Source: Phoronis australis
Taxonomy: Eukaryota; Animalia; Phoronida
Direction: 5' to 3'
DNA: 64,000 nucleotides
Assembly (NCBI GenBank): GCA_002633005.1
Contig: NMRA01000131.1
Coordinates: 297,798-361,797, forward strand
Shown here in pieces: positions 36,260 through 50,156 of the stretch. The position numbers and the translations under genes are program-made. The notes below the pieces were generated by a model. The model was not told the DNA's origin and ran no database searches. It saw only the letters and a program-made list of their open reading frames with translations. Each line of letters starts with the position of its first letter. Within the stretch, counting starts at the first letter, position 1.

Positions 36260-37024
36260 CTGAAGCAAAATTCAAGCCACCTATAATTGAACCTGGTTAG
36301 TTTGTTTTAGCTAGTTTTCTTTGTCATCAAAACTACACGTCATTTCTTGATACCTCACAATGCCAGGTGCAACTCAGTGAAACACAAGTCCACCAATTTC
36401 GTCGACACAATTTCTCTACGAGTAAAATAATTGTGCCTCTGTTAAACGTGGCCTGGGGTCTGTTGTTTGTTTGTCCTTGACGAAGGCCCTCCTTCTGTAA
36501 GAACAGAATGAATTCTAGAATATGATAAAAAGCAATTTTGACGTTTGAATTAATTTCCAGTTTGAATGCCTCTCGTAGACAGCTAAACATCTCCGTGATT
36601 CTTTTGCATATAAATCTATTGCAATAAAATGAACGACCATATTGCTTCGGCTGCTGAAACTAAACTGCCGTGAAAAGCAAATTTCATAAGTCAGTTCTGA
36701 GGTAATAACGAAATGTCAGTTCTTCTAATCCGAGTGAAAAACAAGAAGAGACCAATCTTATGACCGTAAGTGGTCTCAATCCTAAGACGATCTTTTGACA
36801 GAAGGCGCTAGTTTCTTGTCCCTTCAAGATCATATTATAATTGAGAAACGAATTATGTACTCCTGATCACAGTGAAACGCTTTTATCATTTCAAGAATCG
36901 TGATTCGCAATTACAGTGCTGAAGAATTTTAATAAAACACAAATATCTCACGAAAGAAGCACAAAAGTACAAACTACAGTATATTCTCGTGTTTTAGTAA
37001 ATCGTGAAAAACCAACTTACTAAC

Positions 37025-37147
37025 CCGCATACCTTCCCATCGGGATACAGCTCTGAGCGGACGAAGAGCACGGAGTGTCCTCATGGACTTCATAGCACCA
37101 ATGTCGTCATAGTCCAGGATGGACAGCAAAATGTCAGTTATTGATAT
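37025..37147 (-). CDS. Nav1: Nav1 exon (DIII S3-S4), 123 nt
   Basis: ISITDILLSILDYDDIGAMKSMRTLRALRPLRAVSRWEGMR. Confidence 0.95.
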
Positions 37148-38194
37148 CTACCACAGAAATACGTTTAATTAAAAAGAAACAAAAATGTCGTGAGACAAAA
37201 ATTGACAAATGAATTCAAATGAAAGCTTTCGAATGATACCATGAACTCAGAAAGTCATCACCTATACTTTGTGTAGTCAAGTCTTTGAAAGAAAATTTAC
37301 GTCAAATCTTCATCTCATTTTTGGCTTGTAAAGAATATGAAGTGTTTGTTGATAACGGCATTTACAAGTGCAAAATAGCGCCACTGTCGCAATCAAGCCT
37401 CTTTATAGCTTGCAGTCAACTTTCTTCGTAGCTTGGGTGGCTGAGTCACCAACCATTGTCGTCTATAAAAAGTTTAAAGACAGAAAAGCGATATGCTAAC
37501 CTGCACGAGTGCACCAAGAGCCTTTAAAGGAAAATGCCACCCGATTTAGTAAGTCTTTTTACCGTCTAATCGGTCTATATCCACATTGCCTATTATACGG
37601 TCGACCTATCACCTTACCGAGAGGTGTCGCGTTAACTTGCGAGGAAGATGAGAAACGACGCAGCGACGTCAGTGGTTCGTCTGCAAAGTTAATGCCGCTA
37701 TATAATGGTGCATCGTTCCCCCCTGTCCGAACTATGAAACTGCGAAGAAAGCGGGTATATCGTTTTTTCGACTTTCTCGAGAGCCCGAAATGCTTAGGAA
37801 GTGGTTCGCGGTAGTGAAGAATGAAAGGTACAGGCGCTGTTAATAGCAAGTATGAGGCCATGAAACATCTCCGTGTCAGTGGCCTGCATTTCGTCGACAG
37901 TGAATTCTCTGAAGAATTCCGGCTTACCAAAGACCTATCCATACGTTCCGTTGTCTGTGCATGTTCACGGCGCCTCTCTAGTATTTCTTGATCAGTGTAT
38001 TCCGGTTCGAACTGTTAGCCTGTGAAACCTAACGATCCGAGCCGTGAAGTCTTCGTCGAATGAGCTCTTGACTAAGTCGGGATTGGCGCCGGGCGAGTTG
38101 CCATGTATTATGCGTTCTGTTTCAAAATGAATTATTCTCATCCTAACCAATGCTTATATAAAACTGAAACAAAGTCTGTCTCATTAGATACAAT

Positions 38195-41100
38195 GGGGCT
38201 ATTCGGTAAATCTGCAATAACTAGAGGGCGTGAGTGTACTAGTGGTGGTAGATTAACAGCCTCGATTTCGCGAGCCCTTTAAATACATGGTGAAATGGCT
38301 TGCAGCCGTGCCAACTGAATCTGAGATTGCGTAAAAAGGGTGCTTCTATGAGAGGAAGTAAGCACGACCTCATACAAAGGTAAGGTTTGTGATTATTTTA
38401 ACGATTATTCCATGATTATTCTACCGATGCCTGTTAACTGAGGCACTCGCCGATGTCGACTTCGCGGCAGTCAGTCGCCAGTCAGAGTCTGGTTAATCTT
38501 TGTATGTTGTGATATGTGATACGATACTTGACGTAGCAATCGGGATCTTTTCGTACATCAAAGCATTATTATTGTTTGGAATGATTTCTAAAAGTTTATC
38601 AGTGACAGTTACATCAATCAATGCTGAATGTTTATGCTGTCAACTCGATACAGGTTAATGAGTTAAGATTACAATCCAATCCCAATGGCAAAGGGTACGT
38701 GAGTGATAAATATCCATTGCATTAGACTATTTGTTTACTCCCTATCATATGTCTTCTGGCAATCTATTACACGTTGAAATGGAAATCTATCACGTCAGTT
38801 TTCACGTAACCTTTGGTTTTTAGGTTTGAAGGCTTGTACCGTGCAGAGGAGATATGCATCGCTTCTGCACCGTCCCTGAATGGACAAAAATTGGTTTTTA
38901 GCATTTGACTGCAGCTAACCAACAAGATCTTCCCATCCAGTGCAGATCTGTTGTCAAAGCCTACTTTCAATATTGGAGACAACGAACAAAGCCTTTGAAA
39001 AGGAACAGCTATTTTTAAAGTCATTTTGTTAAATTACTTATTCAGGTCCCGAGGGGGGATTGGCATGGGGGGTTGTAATATTTGGTACAACTGAATGTGT
39101 GGAAATAACAGGTAATACATGTTTGGGGAAAAGAGCATGGTGAGGTAATTCTTAACCTTCACGAAGTCCCTTCAAGTTGATTTCATGAAACTGTTTTGCT
39201 ACTTGTATCAATTGTAAAACCACGAAAATATATTACATTTTCCGAATTCACAGTGACTGAATAGTCTTAACTCATGCCTTGAAATGTTGCAAGTCGTTAT
39301 AAATTCAAATGACTGCCATTTTTGTGAAAATTGCATTTTTGATGGTGCCTTACGATTTGTAATTACTCTTAAACAACAGAAAGATTATCCATCATTTTTA
39401 AATGACCCAAGTCTTCATATCTTCTATTAGAAGAAAAACGGTTCCCTCAACCTTAGGCTAGAAGTATGCTTGACAGACCCATGAACCTGTAATCTGAGTT
39501 TAAAATTGCTGAAAGTATCAAAATTAAAAAGGCTTGAAAATGGGTAACAAAGGTTTGAAGTTGTCTCAAAAAACTTGTATATTTTACAGACAAGTGATGC
39601 GTTTAAAGAATTGTTATGGCTAGGGATAAAAAATAAAGACACAGTTTTATGCAATACTCATTATATACACCCTTGGTTTCTGAAAATAGTAATTATTTAC
39701 TTTTATGTGAAACTGTAGACCAATCACCATATATTTTTGAAAAACAGGGATAACATTTTTGATCCAATCTGGAGTACTTAATTATTCATATTTCAATATT
39801 TGTTCCAGGTTCAGTGACATTTTAAGGCCACTTCAAGCTGTATCATAGACAAGCTTTGTTACTCCGTTCTCTTCCCACAGCACTTCCACACACCAGCAGT
39901 GCTGCATGGCACAATGTGCAAGTCAGTGGCCCTGGAGAAATGTGAATCGCAGTACTAAGTTACCATAAGACAATGTGCCAGTGGAGTGTCTGTGTATCCA
40001 GACGAACTATATCTGACTGCTACACAAATAAGCCTTGTTGGTGAGGATGCCCTTTCATAGGCAATGAGTCATGTGTGGACAATAGCTTATTTCCTTTCCT
40101 GGAAGAAACATGAGAGACTGAAGCTAAAGAAGACCTAGTAACACTCTGGTCTAGTTCAGAGTCTGATTTTGGGCTCAAAACGATTCAAGTGATATGCTGC
40201 TGTGTTTACCTTCAAGGGTCTAATTGTGGATGTTATTGAGGCTGAATGAGGTTACATGAAAGAAAGCCACGTGTTGAAACTGGACCTTTTTTACAAGCGC
40301 TTCTATAGGCCATTGAAACTAGAACCCAGTGAAATGAAAGCCAAAAGCTGAGTGACATTAAATTTTCCTTTCAGAAGAAAGGCTTTATACTATTGGTAAA
40401 AACTTTTCAATTTGGTACAGATTATGGGGAAATGACATTCAGTGACTGCATCGATTGTCTTATTGTATGTTTTCAATTGTAGCTAGCTGCTATGCACAAG
40501 ATTCGAGAATAAACAATTATCAGTGTATTTAAAAACAAATGGCAAACTGAAAAAGCACAGAAAGAAACATTGCGAGGGAGTCCATAATCAGGCATATCAG
40601 GTGCTGAATTACTGAATTACGTTCAATTCTCTCAGGTTATTGCTGAAGGATTGCTTTTCACTTTGTCCAACGGTGAAATAGATGGTCAGGCGGTTGGTTT
40701 CAGTTGTTTTTTCTTGCCTGTAACAGAATAGAAATATTAGCAAATTGTAAAAGAAAAGGCAAGACAAAACTACTTTTGTAAGGCAGAACATACTTGACAT
40801 TTCATCTTCATGTTTATGTGTAGAAACTAATAACCTTTGTACCCAAGTCTTATTTAATATCTGAATTAAAATATGTGAAACAGGCTAAAAGTGATTTAAC
40901 AATGTGTATTTTTCATGACACTTAAAATGTGCTTCTGATCTCAACAAGTAAAATTCATTCTAGGTGTCAATTTTTTTCCAATGCAATGTTACGACATTTA
41001 CTGAATTAAGGCTTATTCATGTTAATTCGATAACTGAGCTGGTGGTCCTGGGGATGGGGTCCACGATAAAATAAGGAAACTCACTCATCTAGAGAATTTT

Positions 41101-41698
41101 ATTGGAAACAGCATAGTTTTGAAGAGAAACTGCTGTGAAAAAGTCACTCTTGACTTCTGTGCATCACGTACCATACACCTCTTATTTTGTGAGCACTGTC
41201 CCACCCAGGCCAATATGAATATGTGCTGCTAGCCTACCCGGCATCGGGTGAGTTTCCAAAAAGAAACACTTAGTTCCACTCAATAAAACTGTTATTCAGT
41301 GGGGTAACTGGTGGGGATAACATCACCGAACGATGTTGATAGAAACTGATTGCTAAAAACTTACCAAGTAATGTTGTGTAGTCTCCGAATGGAACTGCAT
41401 AGTCATAGACATAGAGCACACACGGGGCTTCAGCATCCACACACTTTTTGTCAGTTAGTTGACCCTGTTGACCACAATTGTCCACGAATATAGTAACCTT
41501 AGGTCTTTTGGGAATTTGTGGCCACCTGTCGAAGACTTGCACCAGGGAAATTAGCAGTAATAAGGCTTAGCGCGACGACGTATTTTGATAAAAATTCCAT
41601 CTTTTACCATTTGTTTACATGCAGACAGCCACGCATGCGCAATTCAATCACCACTAGTACAGCAGCGACACCGCGAGGAGAATTCTCCCAATAGCCCC
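38195..41698. mobile_element. ISL2EU-like DNA transposon (AT TSD, YqaJ-like exonuclease remnant)
   Basis: TIR GGGGCTATT...AATAGCCCC with an AT duplication supported by the empty site at ~61835. Decayed plus-strand GVSVYPDELYLTATQISLVGEDA and VFTFKGLIVDVIE..LKLDLFYKRFYRP (39980-40315) resemble YqaJ domains. Confidence 0.7.
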
Positions 41699-42047
41699 AT
41701 TTGTAATGCCTTTGCAGTATTCGTGAGTGCAAATGTTGAGAAGCCAACAATGAATAAACCATTGCGTTACCGGCATTTGATGCCGGCAATGAATAAAGGT
41801 ATATTGACCGGGCACCGAGGCCGTGTGAGCGCATGCTAATTCAGTGTTTGCTGACAGAAAGCTATGGTGATACAATTACTCGATTTTATATGCTATGGTC
41901 ACATGTTAGGGAAATCTTTATTTAGAAATACAAATATATTATTCAAATCATTGTTAATGTACAACCTTTGCCCCGACTGTCTGTGGAAGGGGAACCCGAC
42001 TTCGCGAACCCCGACAAGTGCACATTATTTCTTTGGCTCACTATTAT

Positions 42048-42213
42048 CAGTGTTGTAGTGGGGCGTAGGCGCACGTAGGCGCACGTAGGCGCAGCCAACC
42101 ACCTTTTGGCATTTGAACGTAGCGCCTACGTACCGTAAGTTACGTTCAGTGCTCAAGGTGATACGGTGGGCTTTCGACGGCTACTTACCTCTACTTTTAC
42201 CACTACAGCACTG
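42048..42213. mobile_element. 166-bp hAT-type MITE, 8-bp TSD ACTATTAT
   Basis: TIR CAGTGTTGTAGTGG / CCACTACAGCACTG; TSD at 42040-42047 and 42214-42221; single ACTATTAT in the sister copy at ~62229; internal 10-bp repeat (CGTAGGCGCA)x3. Confidence 0.9.
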
Positions 42214-43001
42214 ACTATTATAATCTTTTCGTGACTGGAGGTTAAGTTTCCAACTCAAGCTGGTTTATGTTCGTGCCAGTCCCGGCGGCCGCGACGGGCC
42301 TAATCGGGTTCCGAGCCACTGGCCGGGATAACAAGCGTTTCATGTGTTTAGAACTCAAAAATCACAAGTCAATACAACATAGGTTCTCTTGTCTGTATTT
42401 CACGGAAGAATACTTCGAATTTATATCCGAACATACCCCAAACTCCTGCTAGAGACCTTGGTAAATTGGCCTGCCGAAATTTTAGGCTACGCTGTGTCCA
42501 AATACCAATAAATACGTAACAGCGAAATAAAGCAACGGGTTTTTATAAGAACTATGTGCATTTTTAAGGGTTTTATATCGAAGTTTGGTGATTTGTTGGT
42601 ATTAAACGATGAATTCAAGCGATAAGCTGACACCACTAACCCGTGTTGTGAACTGCTGAACAGACTGCGTGTGAAACCAATGACGTCATTGGATAATTTC
42701 AACACCTCCGTCTGCTGTCAGGTAACGCGAAAGTGACGTCATCGTGTAGACTACTCGATCTAAATTGATACAAAATAGGCTGTTTTTGGGTGGCATTCTC
42801 TTTTAAAGGGCTAATGACAGGGGCGAATCGCGTACAATCGTTGTGTTGACGCTTGTGTGTAAGATGTACATTTTTCAACTGAAAACAAGATTCCGTTCAA
42901 GCTGCTTCAACTCGTTTTTATCACTCGTGCGCAATGCCACGACTATGACAGTGTATAGTTAACAACAATCACCACTGGAGTACTTTATCTTCCGTACCTA
43001 C

Positions 43002-43175
43002 CACAACAATGATGAAGTCGAGCCAGCACCAAGCATCAGTAAAATACTTTTTCCAGCCATAGGCCAACCATTTGATGCACATTTCAGTAATAAATATCCC
43101 CGAAAATATTCGATCCATCACTTTCAGTACCTCAGACATAACAAGACGTTGCTTTAAATGGATGTCCTCGCAAGC
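43002..43175 (-). CDS. Nav1: Nav1 exon (DIII S2-S3), 174 nt
   Basis: [49 protein letters not shown]. Confidence 0.95.
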
Positions 43176-43871
43176 CTACAATAACATGTCATCATTCCGT
43201 TGATAAAGTTGACAGGCACCGATACAATATTTGGTCACTAAACCTATTACGCCATCACAAAAACGTTTATGTCACTTGCTGTTATGAAACTGGTCTCACA
43301 TTTTCCTTAGTCAACTTGGAAGTGATTTTGGGGCTTCGAAAGACCTGACCTTCTGTTACGACTCTATGAGTTTCCTTGTCAAGGCGTGTCATTTAATGGA
43401 CTGGACATAATGTCAAGAAACAGCATAATACCAAACCCACAAACGACCTCTCATCTGAGTAACGAATACGTTGAGAACAATTTGGTAGCGGTGAGTGGTA
43501 TAAATCAATTTGCTTCGTGGAAGGAACGAGGGTTGAGAGATAGCGGTACTTTTAAGTGTGAACCAATAACTGTGACGTTACCCTATTGGCGTAGAAATTG
43601 AAACTTCGAAAAGAAAATTCCAGTCAGTCAGATATTACTAATGGAAAATATCGCACTTCATTCAATATCAGCTTTTTCCGTGCAACGTTATCGTGCACTG
43701 AAATTAAGTGTAAGCCTGTGTAACGGATTTCTCTAGCTAACCACATTTTGGAATAAATTGAGCTATTCAGGAGATCCCAGGAGGCTAGGTGACAAGTCAC
43801 AACGTCTTGGCAATGGTCTCCATCGCATATTCCGTCGTCATTCAAAGTTTTTCGAGTTTCTACACTTCAAA

Positions 43872-44100
43872 CAGAGGTGGATCTACAGGTGGTTCAGGGG
43901 GTTCACCCCCCTCGGGACATGATCGAAATAAAAACTTAAGAAAGTCGCCAGAAAAACGAAATCAACAACTAAAAACCAAGAAATCTTACACGGGAGGGGG
44001 AAACCCCTTCTCGACTTTCCCTCCGCTCGGCGCTACGCGTTTCGGATTCGCGCGAATCCTAACCCTTCCCTCTTACTCGGAAAACGTAGATCTGCCACTA
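43872..44100. mobile_element. MITE (CAG-GGCGGATC-like family)
   Basis: CAGAGGTGGATCTAC...GTAGATCTGCCACTA, flanks TCAAA/TCGAA. Confidence 0.65.
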
Positions 44101-45160
44101 TCGAACTAATGCACGGTTCCCTGCTCCACTCGCCGATTGACTACAATTTCGTCCACCATATTGAATACGAAATTTGCAAGAGTAAACAAAACATTACTGA
44201 CGTGCTTTCCCAAAGTAACAGGACGGGAGAGTAACAGTTGTCTGTTTAAAGCCGTATTGCTGAGTTTTTAGTATGCCATTCCCAAACTGTTTTTTTTTTA
44301 CCCGAGACCTGCATGTGCTCAATTTCGCAGCACATTTAAAAAGTGATGATGATTTACTGTTAATGCCAGCTACATTTCCACAAAGTCCACCCCAAGGTAA
44401 AAATTTATACTGCTAGTTAACCCTCGATACAAAGAACGAACGAGTCCTCAAATTATTGCAATTTGAAGCTCTAATTAAATCATACCTACAACCTAAAATT
44501 GTCGCATCGGGTGACCAGCGAAGACGAGATACGAGGGATAAAAACCAACCTCAGGAATAATCTCTAACTTTCTGTATTCGAAAACACCGCAATATTCTCA
44601 TATAATGATGGCATAACTTTATTATTAAGCGTTGCTTCCGTCATTAACTCGCCATTTTAGGGAAATGCATTTTCAGTTAGGACACCATAGTAGAGTGCAA
44701 TGCAAAATTCGGCTTGTTCATCCTACCCTGATCTTCGTCACCCGAGGCCTCTCCTCTGGCCGTAAGTAAAACGTACGATTACTCTACTTGCATTTGTAAA
44801 TAAAGACGCCGCTGGCAAGCAGTTATGGTCGCAGCTTGCGCGAAAGATCACTGATTTGGGGCATTGAGAATGGTATACAATGATGACGGTCCATGTGCTA
44901 TAGTTATGTTTATATGTAGTAATGTACTCGACAGCGTCATACAGAAATTGACGAATATCACATCAAACGAGCTTGTTTAAGAAAGCGCCTTTGGAGAGCA
45001 ACTGTCCACCTCCAACCACGTGATTCAGGTTGACACTCACCAATTAATTGTTTCAGTTAAATAACGCTTTGACCAATTAGGTCGAATTTCACTTCCATGT
45101 GACAGTGCACGTTTTTAGTGAAATCAAAAGACAGATCAGTAGACCGGAACACATACATAC

Positions 45161-45805
45161 CAGAGAAACACTACTGAGAAGAATGCACGCCATTATAAAA
45201 GTTTCGAAGTACTTGTGTTCCACAAGTTTATAAGCCTTGCATCGCAGCCTATAGAAGCGCTTGTAACAATCAGATTCCCAAAACGAGGCACAGCAAGTAC
45301 TCCGTCTGCAGCAGCATTTTGGGAAGCAATGGTCTGGAACGTCTACAAATCCCACATCAACCTCGTTAATCTGAGGCCCGTCATTCTGAATCGGAGAGAT
45401 TTCCAATTCAATTGGAGGAAGGCCGCCGTTACTGGTGTGGGTTAACTCGCTTGCCGTAGACTGACATGGGTTGAAAGTGCTGCTCGTATTAACCGAATTA
45501 ACTAGTTCCAAGCAATCTTTGCCACAGGGGTTTTGATCCAACGCGTCCATTTTATTACGACCCTTGCCGTTTACTCCTCCTTTGTACATAGCGATGTCCC
45601 TATCTATATCGACTCTGACCACAGAGTTGGAAGCTAAAGCTCTCGAATTATGGATACATCTGAGAACGTTTCTTTTAATACACAAAAATAAACGTTTGAA
45701 CCGCAGAAAAGCTAATGCCAGTTTATTGGGTTCCGTGTCTTCAGTCTTTTGCATAGAATCACCACTGAACGAGCTGAGCAGTAAGGCAATGAATAAATTT
45801 AATAC
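45161..45805 (-). CDS. Nav1: Nav1 exon (end of DII S6, II-III linker, DIII S1)
   Basis: VLNLFIALLLSSFS..DTEPNKL..PDHCFPKCC..LVEHKYFETFIMACILLSSVSL. Confidence 0.95.
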
Positions 45806-46869
45806 CTACAATAAAAGAATGGATTTCATTTTATGGCGACACGCGTTATCTATCTAAACAACCGAAGAACATGTATTTTACTAAAAGTAAAATGGCTAAA
45901 CTCATCAAAAGCCGTCACTAAAACCTTAATTTTTGCCCTGATCGAAATTGTTAATCAACAAAAAATCGAAACGTAAAGTGTTACTCAACACCCTTTTCGA
46001 TTATGAAATGAGACCTGGGATCGTCAATTTAAACCATGCTCAAATGCGCGCAATTGTTCAACAGGTAAACATGTGCTGTCGTCGTTGATCCACGTTTTCG
46101 CTTTATTTTGCGGATGCGACAAGACGGCTTCAATCACGTTGGCATTAATTTTGGCGAAGGCTTCGCCAGAAAATGGCACGGATTTGTGAGAGATACTAGT
46201 GTATGGGGCAAGTCAGGCCTGCAAATTCCTTGGTTACCAGCGACCACTTCGGCTACTCTTCTTCTGAGAAGAGTACTTGGTAACTGCCGAGATCCCCAGA
46301 CCTGGGAATCGATTCAACTACCCGTGACAAAACCAGCAAGCGTCCTAAGTCTTAAGCCGTTAGCTAGTGGCTGACTGAAACCCATTATATGATTCACCAA
46401 AGATAGGTCATAATTTTGAGCAAACTGCTGCTTCACTGTTAGTTCCGAATTCTTGATGATGTTTAATCAGAAAGCACAAATATCGCTTTTTCGGTTACGG
46501 TCTGTTTTATTCCACATTGTTAATATAAACTGGTAACACAGTATATAACCTGGGTCTCATCAGTATGCTAACATGTTGAAAGTGTGTAAACGGTGTTGAG
46601 TAACACTAAACATTGCGAAGTAAATGGCAAAGTCACTTATTTCCTCATTTTTTTTCAGCATAAGCTGTTCGTGTTTACTGTACTTGGGTAGTTTTGCTGA
46701 TAGCCTGTCCTGACACTGTCGCCATTACCAGGCTACTTTCTTGTTCCTTAGTTCCCAACAACTTAAATTACTTAAACTTCCAAAGGAACGAGTAATTCGT
46801 ATACAGGCCTACTGGTGTCCTTCCTTTGCTCTCATTCTGTTCTCAGTGCATTATCCACGCAATACATAC

Positions 46870-47053
46870 CACTAAATTGCCAAGTATCATGGTAGCTAAG
46901 AAAAACGGCACGCATGCCCAGCCGTGGTCATCAACAACCAGCATACAGTTCCACATGGACTCTATCCATTCGCCACATAACACTCGGAATACGATCATAA
47001 AAGAGTGACCGAACGTCATGAAGCCCCAACGTGGCACTTGTCCGTCTTCAAAC
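46870..47053 (-). CDS. Nav1: Nav1 exon (DII P-loop and S6)
   Basis: [51 protein letters not shown]. Confidence 0.96.
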
Positions 47054-47602
47054 CTGAAAGTTGAAACTATGGCGATAAATTCTTAAAATCAAACTAAAGA
47101 ATCAAAGTAAATCCGACAAAGCGTGTTGGGTTTTTTTTATTGTTAAGGCCTTCAGTGAAACTGATTTCGGTGAATAATTAATTCATTCTCTACATTAAGG
47201 ATGGAGATTCTATTGTTGCATTGCAGAAAAGGTTTTGTAGTTTCGTAGATCATATGAGTGGGATTAAGAAATTAAACAGTGCACATGCTGTAACACACAC
47301 CATTTTTCTTGAGCATAAATAACGGGGTAAGTGTAAGAATAGTGGATAATAGTCGAGGTTTTAGAGCATCTTGACAAAGAATAACTGCACGATTCATTCA
47401 AATATGTAGGCCTACGGCCACAACATATTTATTTGTTTCCGTATTGATTTGACAATGTCCACATTTTTGGTAATAACGGATTCAGTACACCATGCCGACG
47501 GAAGCAAATTTGTTTTGTGTCTTTCAAGTTAAGCTGAATATCTTCGACAATCACATTGGTGTCATCTTACTATTATTGCGAACGTGTGATGCAGTCACAA
47601 AC

Positions 47603-47778
47603 CTGTGCCTATTCTTTTCGTAAAACTTTCCAAACAATTGATTGCCAACTACGGCAAATATAAAGACGACAATGATTAAAACGAAGGACAAGTTCCCCAA
47701 AGCTCCAAATGTCCTTGCGACGATTCCCATCAGCATGTTCAACGTCTTCCACGACTTGCCAAGTTTGAGGACTCGGAG
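47603..47778 (-). CDS. Nav1: Nav1 exon (DII S4-S5)
   Basis: [53 protein letters not shown]. Confidence 0.95.
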
Positions 47779-48942
47779 CTGAAAAGAAAATCGTATCTTT
47801 AATTTTTTGTTGTATTTAACGGGCTTAGATGTACATTCACAATTGTAAAGACTATGTGATAAGTTTCTTTCATTTTAAAGTTTTTGCCCAAACTTGCTAT
47901 TACGAGCTCATAACAAATCCATGTTTAATATAGTGTATACCGGTTTGTGGTCATGTAGGACATTACTGACATGTCTGCGTATTTAGCCCAATATATACAA
48001 AACAGTAGATTTTAACTCAGTGAAAATTTCTGAACGTACAAAGTCTGTAGAGTTTAATTGTTGAATTTTTGGTAGTCTATCACTAATTGGGTCATTAGAC
48101 TACGTCTCTTTATTAAAATTTAGCAAAACGAAAGAGACATGTATAGTAAAACAACGGTACTAATATCACTATTAAATAATTTTGTCTAACATAAATGTCC
48201 AAGGTGGGATCACGAAGACGCTGTTACAATTTTTTGAAATATCATATCGTTTTTGTTTTTATACAAGTTTAAAGTTTGTTTAATAAGTATGAAAAAGTTA
48301 TATTTTTGATAGCCCCTCCTGCAAAGGGAGAACATTTTAAGAACAATTCCTTACACTATTTGAGAGGACCGTGAGCGATAGTTTCGTATGAATCCAAGCA
48401 ACCCTTTCTGAGATACGATGATCTGAAGTTAGCCACATTTGGACACTTTTCTGGGATCTTACATAACCTTAAAGAGCGGCTCATAGTTTTAATCCACAAG
48501 CCCAAAAACGTAACCATGTTGCAAAGGTGGGGATGCGACAGCCGGTAATGAAAGATTCCCAGTATGGCTCAACTGTATTCTATAAATTGTCAGCGTATTT
48601 GTAGAATTTATTTACTCGCTAATGTAATATTTTTCTGTTGCTTAATCTTTATTGTGAGCTCCTAGCTTACGTATGACATTTTCTAAATTATTATCATCTT
48701 AAAGGGATAATTATTTCAATGGAAATAAATAGGAAGTAAGTATTTAAAATGGAAGCGATGTCTATTTTCAATAATTTTAAGAATTCAAGGTTTAGTTCAC
48801 ACTCGGCATATAACAAAGCTAAACCTTTACGCAGCTTTGATATTAAAATTTCAGAAGAAATACGAGCCGACGTTTGCACAAAGGCACACAATGGTGTTTT
48901 CATTTGGCGATTTTTTTAATTGTTAAAGTGAACCACACTCAC

Positions 48943-49116
48943 AAGTCTGAAAGCCCGAAGTACCGACAGACCATTGACTCCGTCCAATCCTAGCTCCACC
49001 CAACTGATGGTGACTATGAAGAAATCGAACGAATTCCACGGATCTTTAAAGTAAGGCTTTGGTGTAAACGCTATTATTTTTAGGAGAGCTTCTCCAGTGA
49101 AGATTCCTGTGAAAAT
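48943..49116 (-). CDS. Nav1: Nav1 exon (DII S2-S4)
   Basis: [58 protein letters not shown]. Confidence 0.95.
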
Positions 49117-50156
49117 CTGTAGGAAACAAAGCGTCTAAAACTACAAGCAATACGGAAAATATATAACATTTGAATAAACAAATTAAAAAGTAAATACACA
49201 TATTCTAAATATATAAAAGTACAAAAAACGTGAACATAAATATAGACCAATTTCAAAGCAGTTAAAAACAGACAAAAATAGCCAAGAGTAAACAACAAAG
49301 TAAATTGCTAAGCGAAAGCTTTTCTGAACTGCATGATAACGTACGATTGATTGCTTTCTGAACGACAGATAGGAGATGTGGTTCACTTCTAGTCTGTATA
49401 AAAGCTATGCATGCACAGGATGTTCCACTCTGAAATGCACTATACATATGTACACACAGTTATTGTGCGAGGACACTAGCGCATTAGTACTGCCTGCTTT
49501 AGGATAATTTCGGAAAAGAAAGTGCAAAAGTGTCACTTCAAAACAGGCCCGTCTTTGTACTGCACGGGTCATCAGTTGGCGGATGCATGCTCATGATTCT
49601 AGTATTTTCTAACAAGTAACGTTAACATTATTTATGGGATACCCAGCCATTGTGTCACCTAGTGACTGGTCATAGTACAGAGATTTCCGGAATCTCCCCC
49701 CCCCCGAGATATTTCATGCATATTTGGTATATGTGTTGGGAAAAGGGGGCAAGATGTCAATATTTTCTCAATTTTTTGATCTTTAAAAGGACATTCAAAA
49801 TATCCATCACCCACCAACAGAAGCGTTGCCAGACTTCTATTGTAGTAGCCAAGCTGCCAACAAAGTAGAACATTCTTCTTGAAACATAGGGCTTGCATCA
49901 AAACCCATGGCGGCGATACAACTTTCCCCATTACCCCCATCATTTGTTTCGGAAAGCAACCACAGGAGTCTTTTTGAAAGCAGTTACTTCATAAAAGTTT
50001 CGGGAAAGTCCATTCGGGATCATTTGCTGTTCATCTGCTTCGATCCCTAATTTTCCACAATCCCGATATCCGTAAAAGTAAATGCACAAGAATTGAATAG
50101 ATCCAGGAAATTCACATAAGGCTAGATTCTCCGTTTGAAAAAGGTCGAAAACTTAC

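Larger units (their letters stand above)
37528..42802 (+). mobile_element. Kolobok-like TTAA transposon with THAP-domain remnant, carrying two nested insertions
   Basis: TTAA|AGGAAAATGCCACCC...GGGTGGCATTCTCTT|TTAA; THAP remnant FRLSREPEMLRKW..HLRVSGLHFVDSEF at ~37700-37910; colinear with 61182-62796 once the inserts are removed. Confidence 0.8.

Noticed and set aside
36260-43001. A second, mutually exclusive 123-nt DIII S3-S4 exon like insect k/l or vertebrate 18A/18N
   Set aside because: No duplicate with an RTLRALRP-like motif was visible in either flanking intron.
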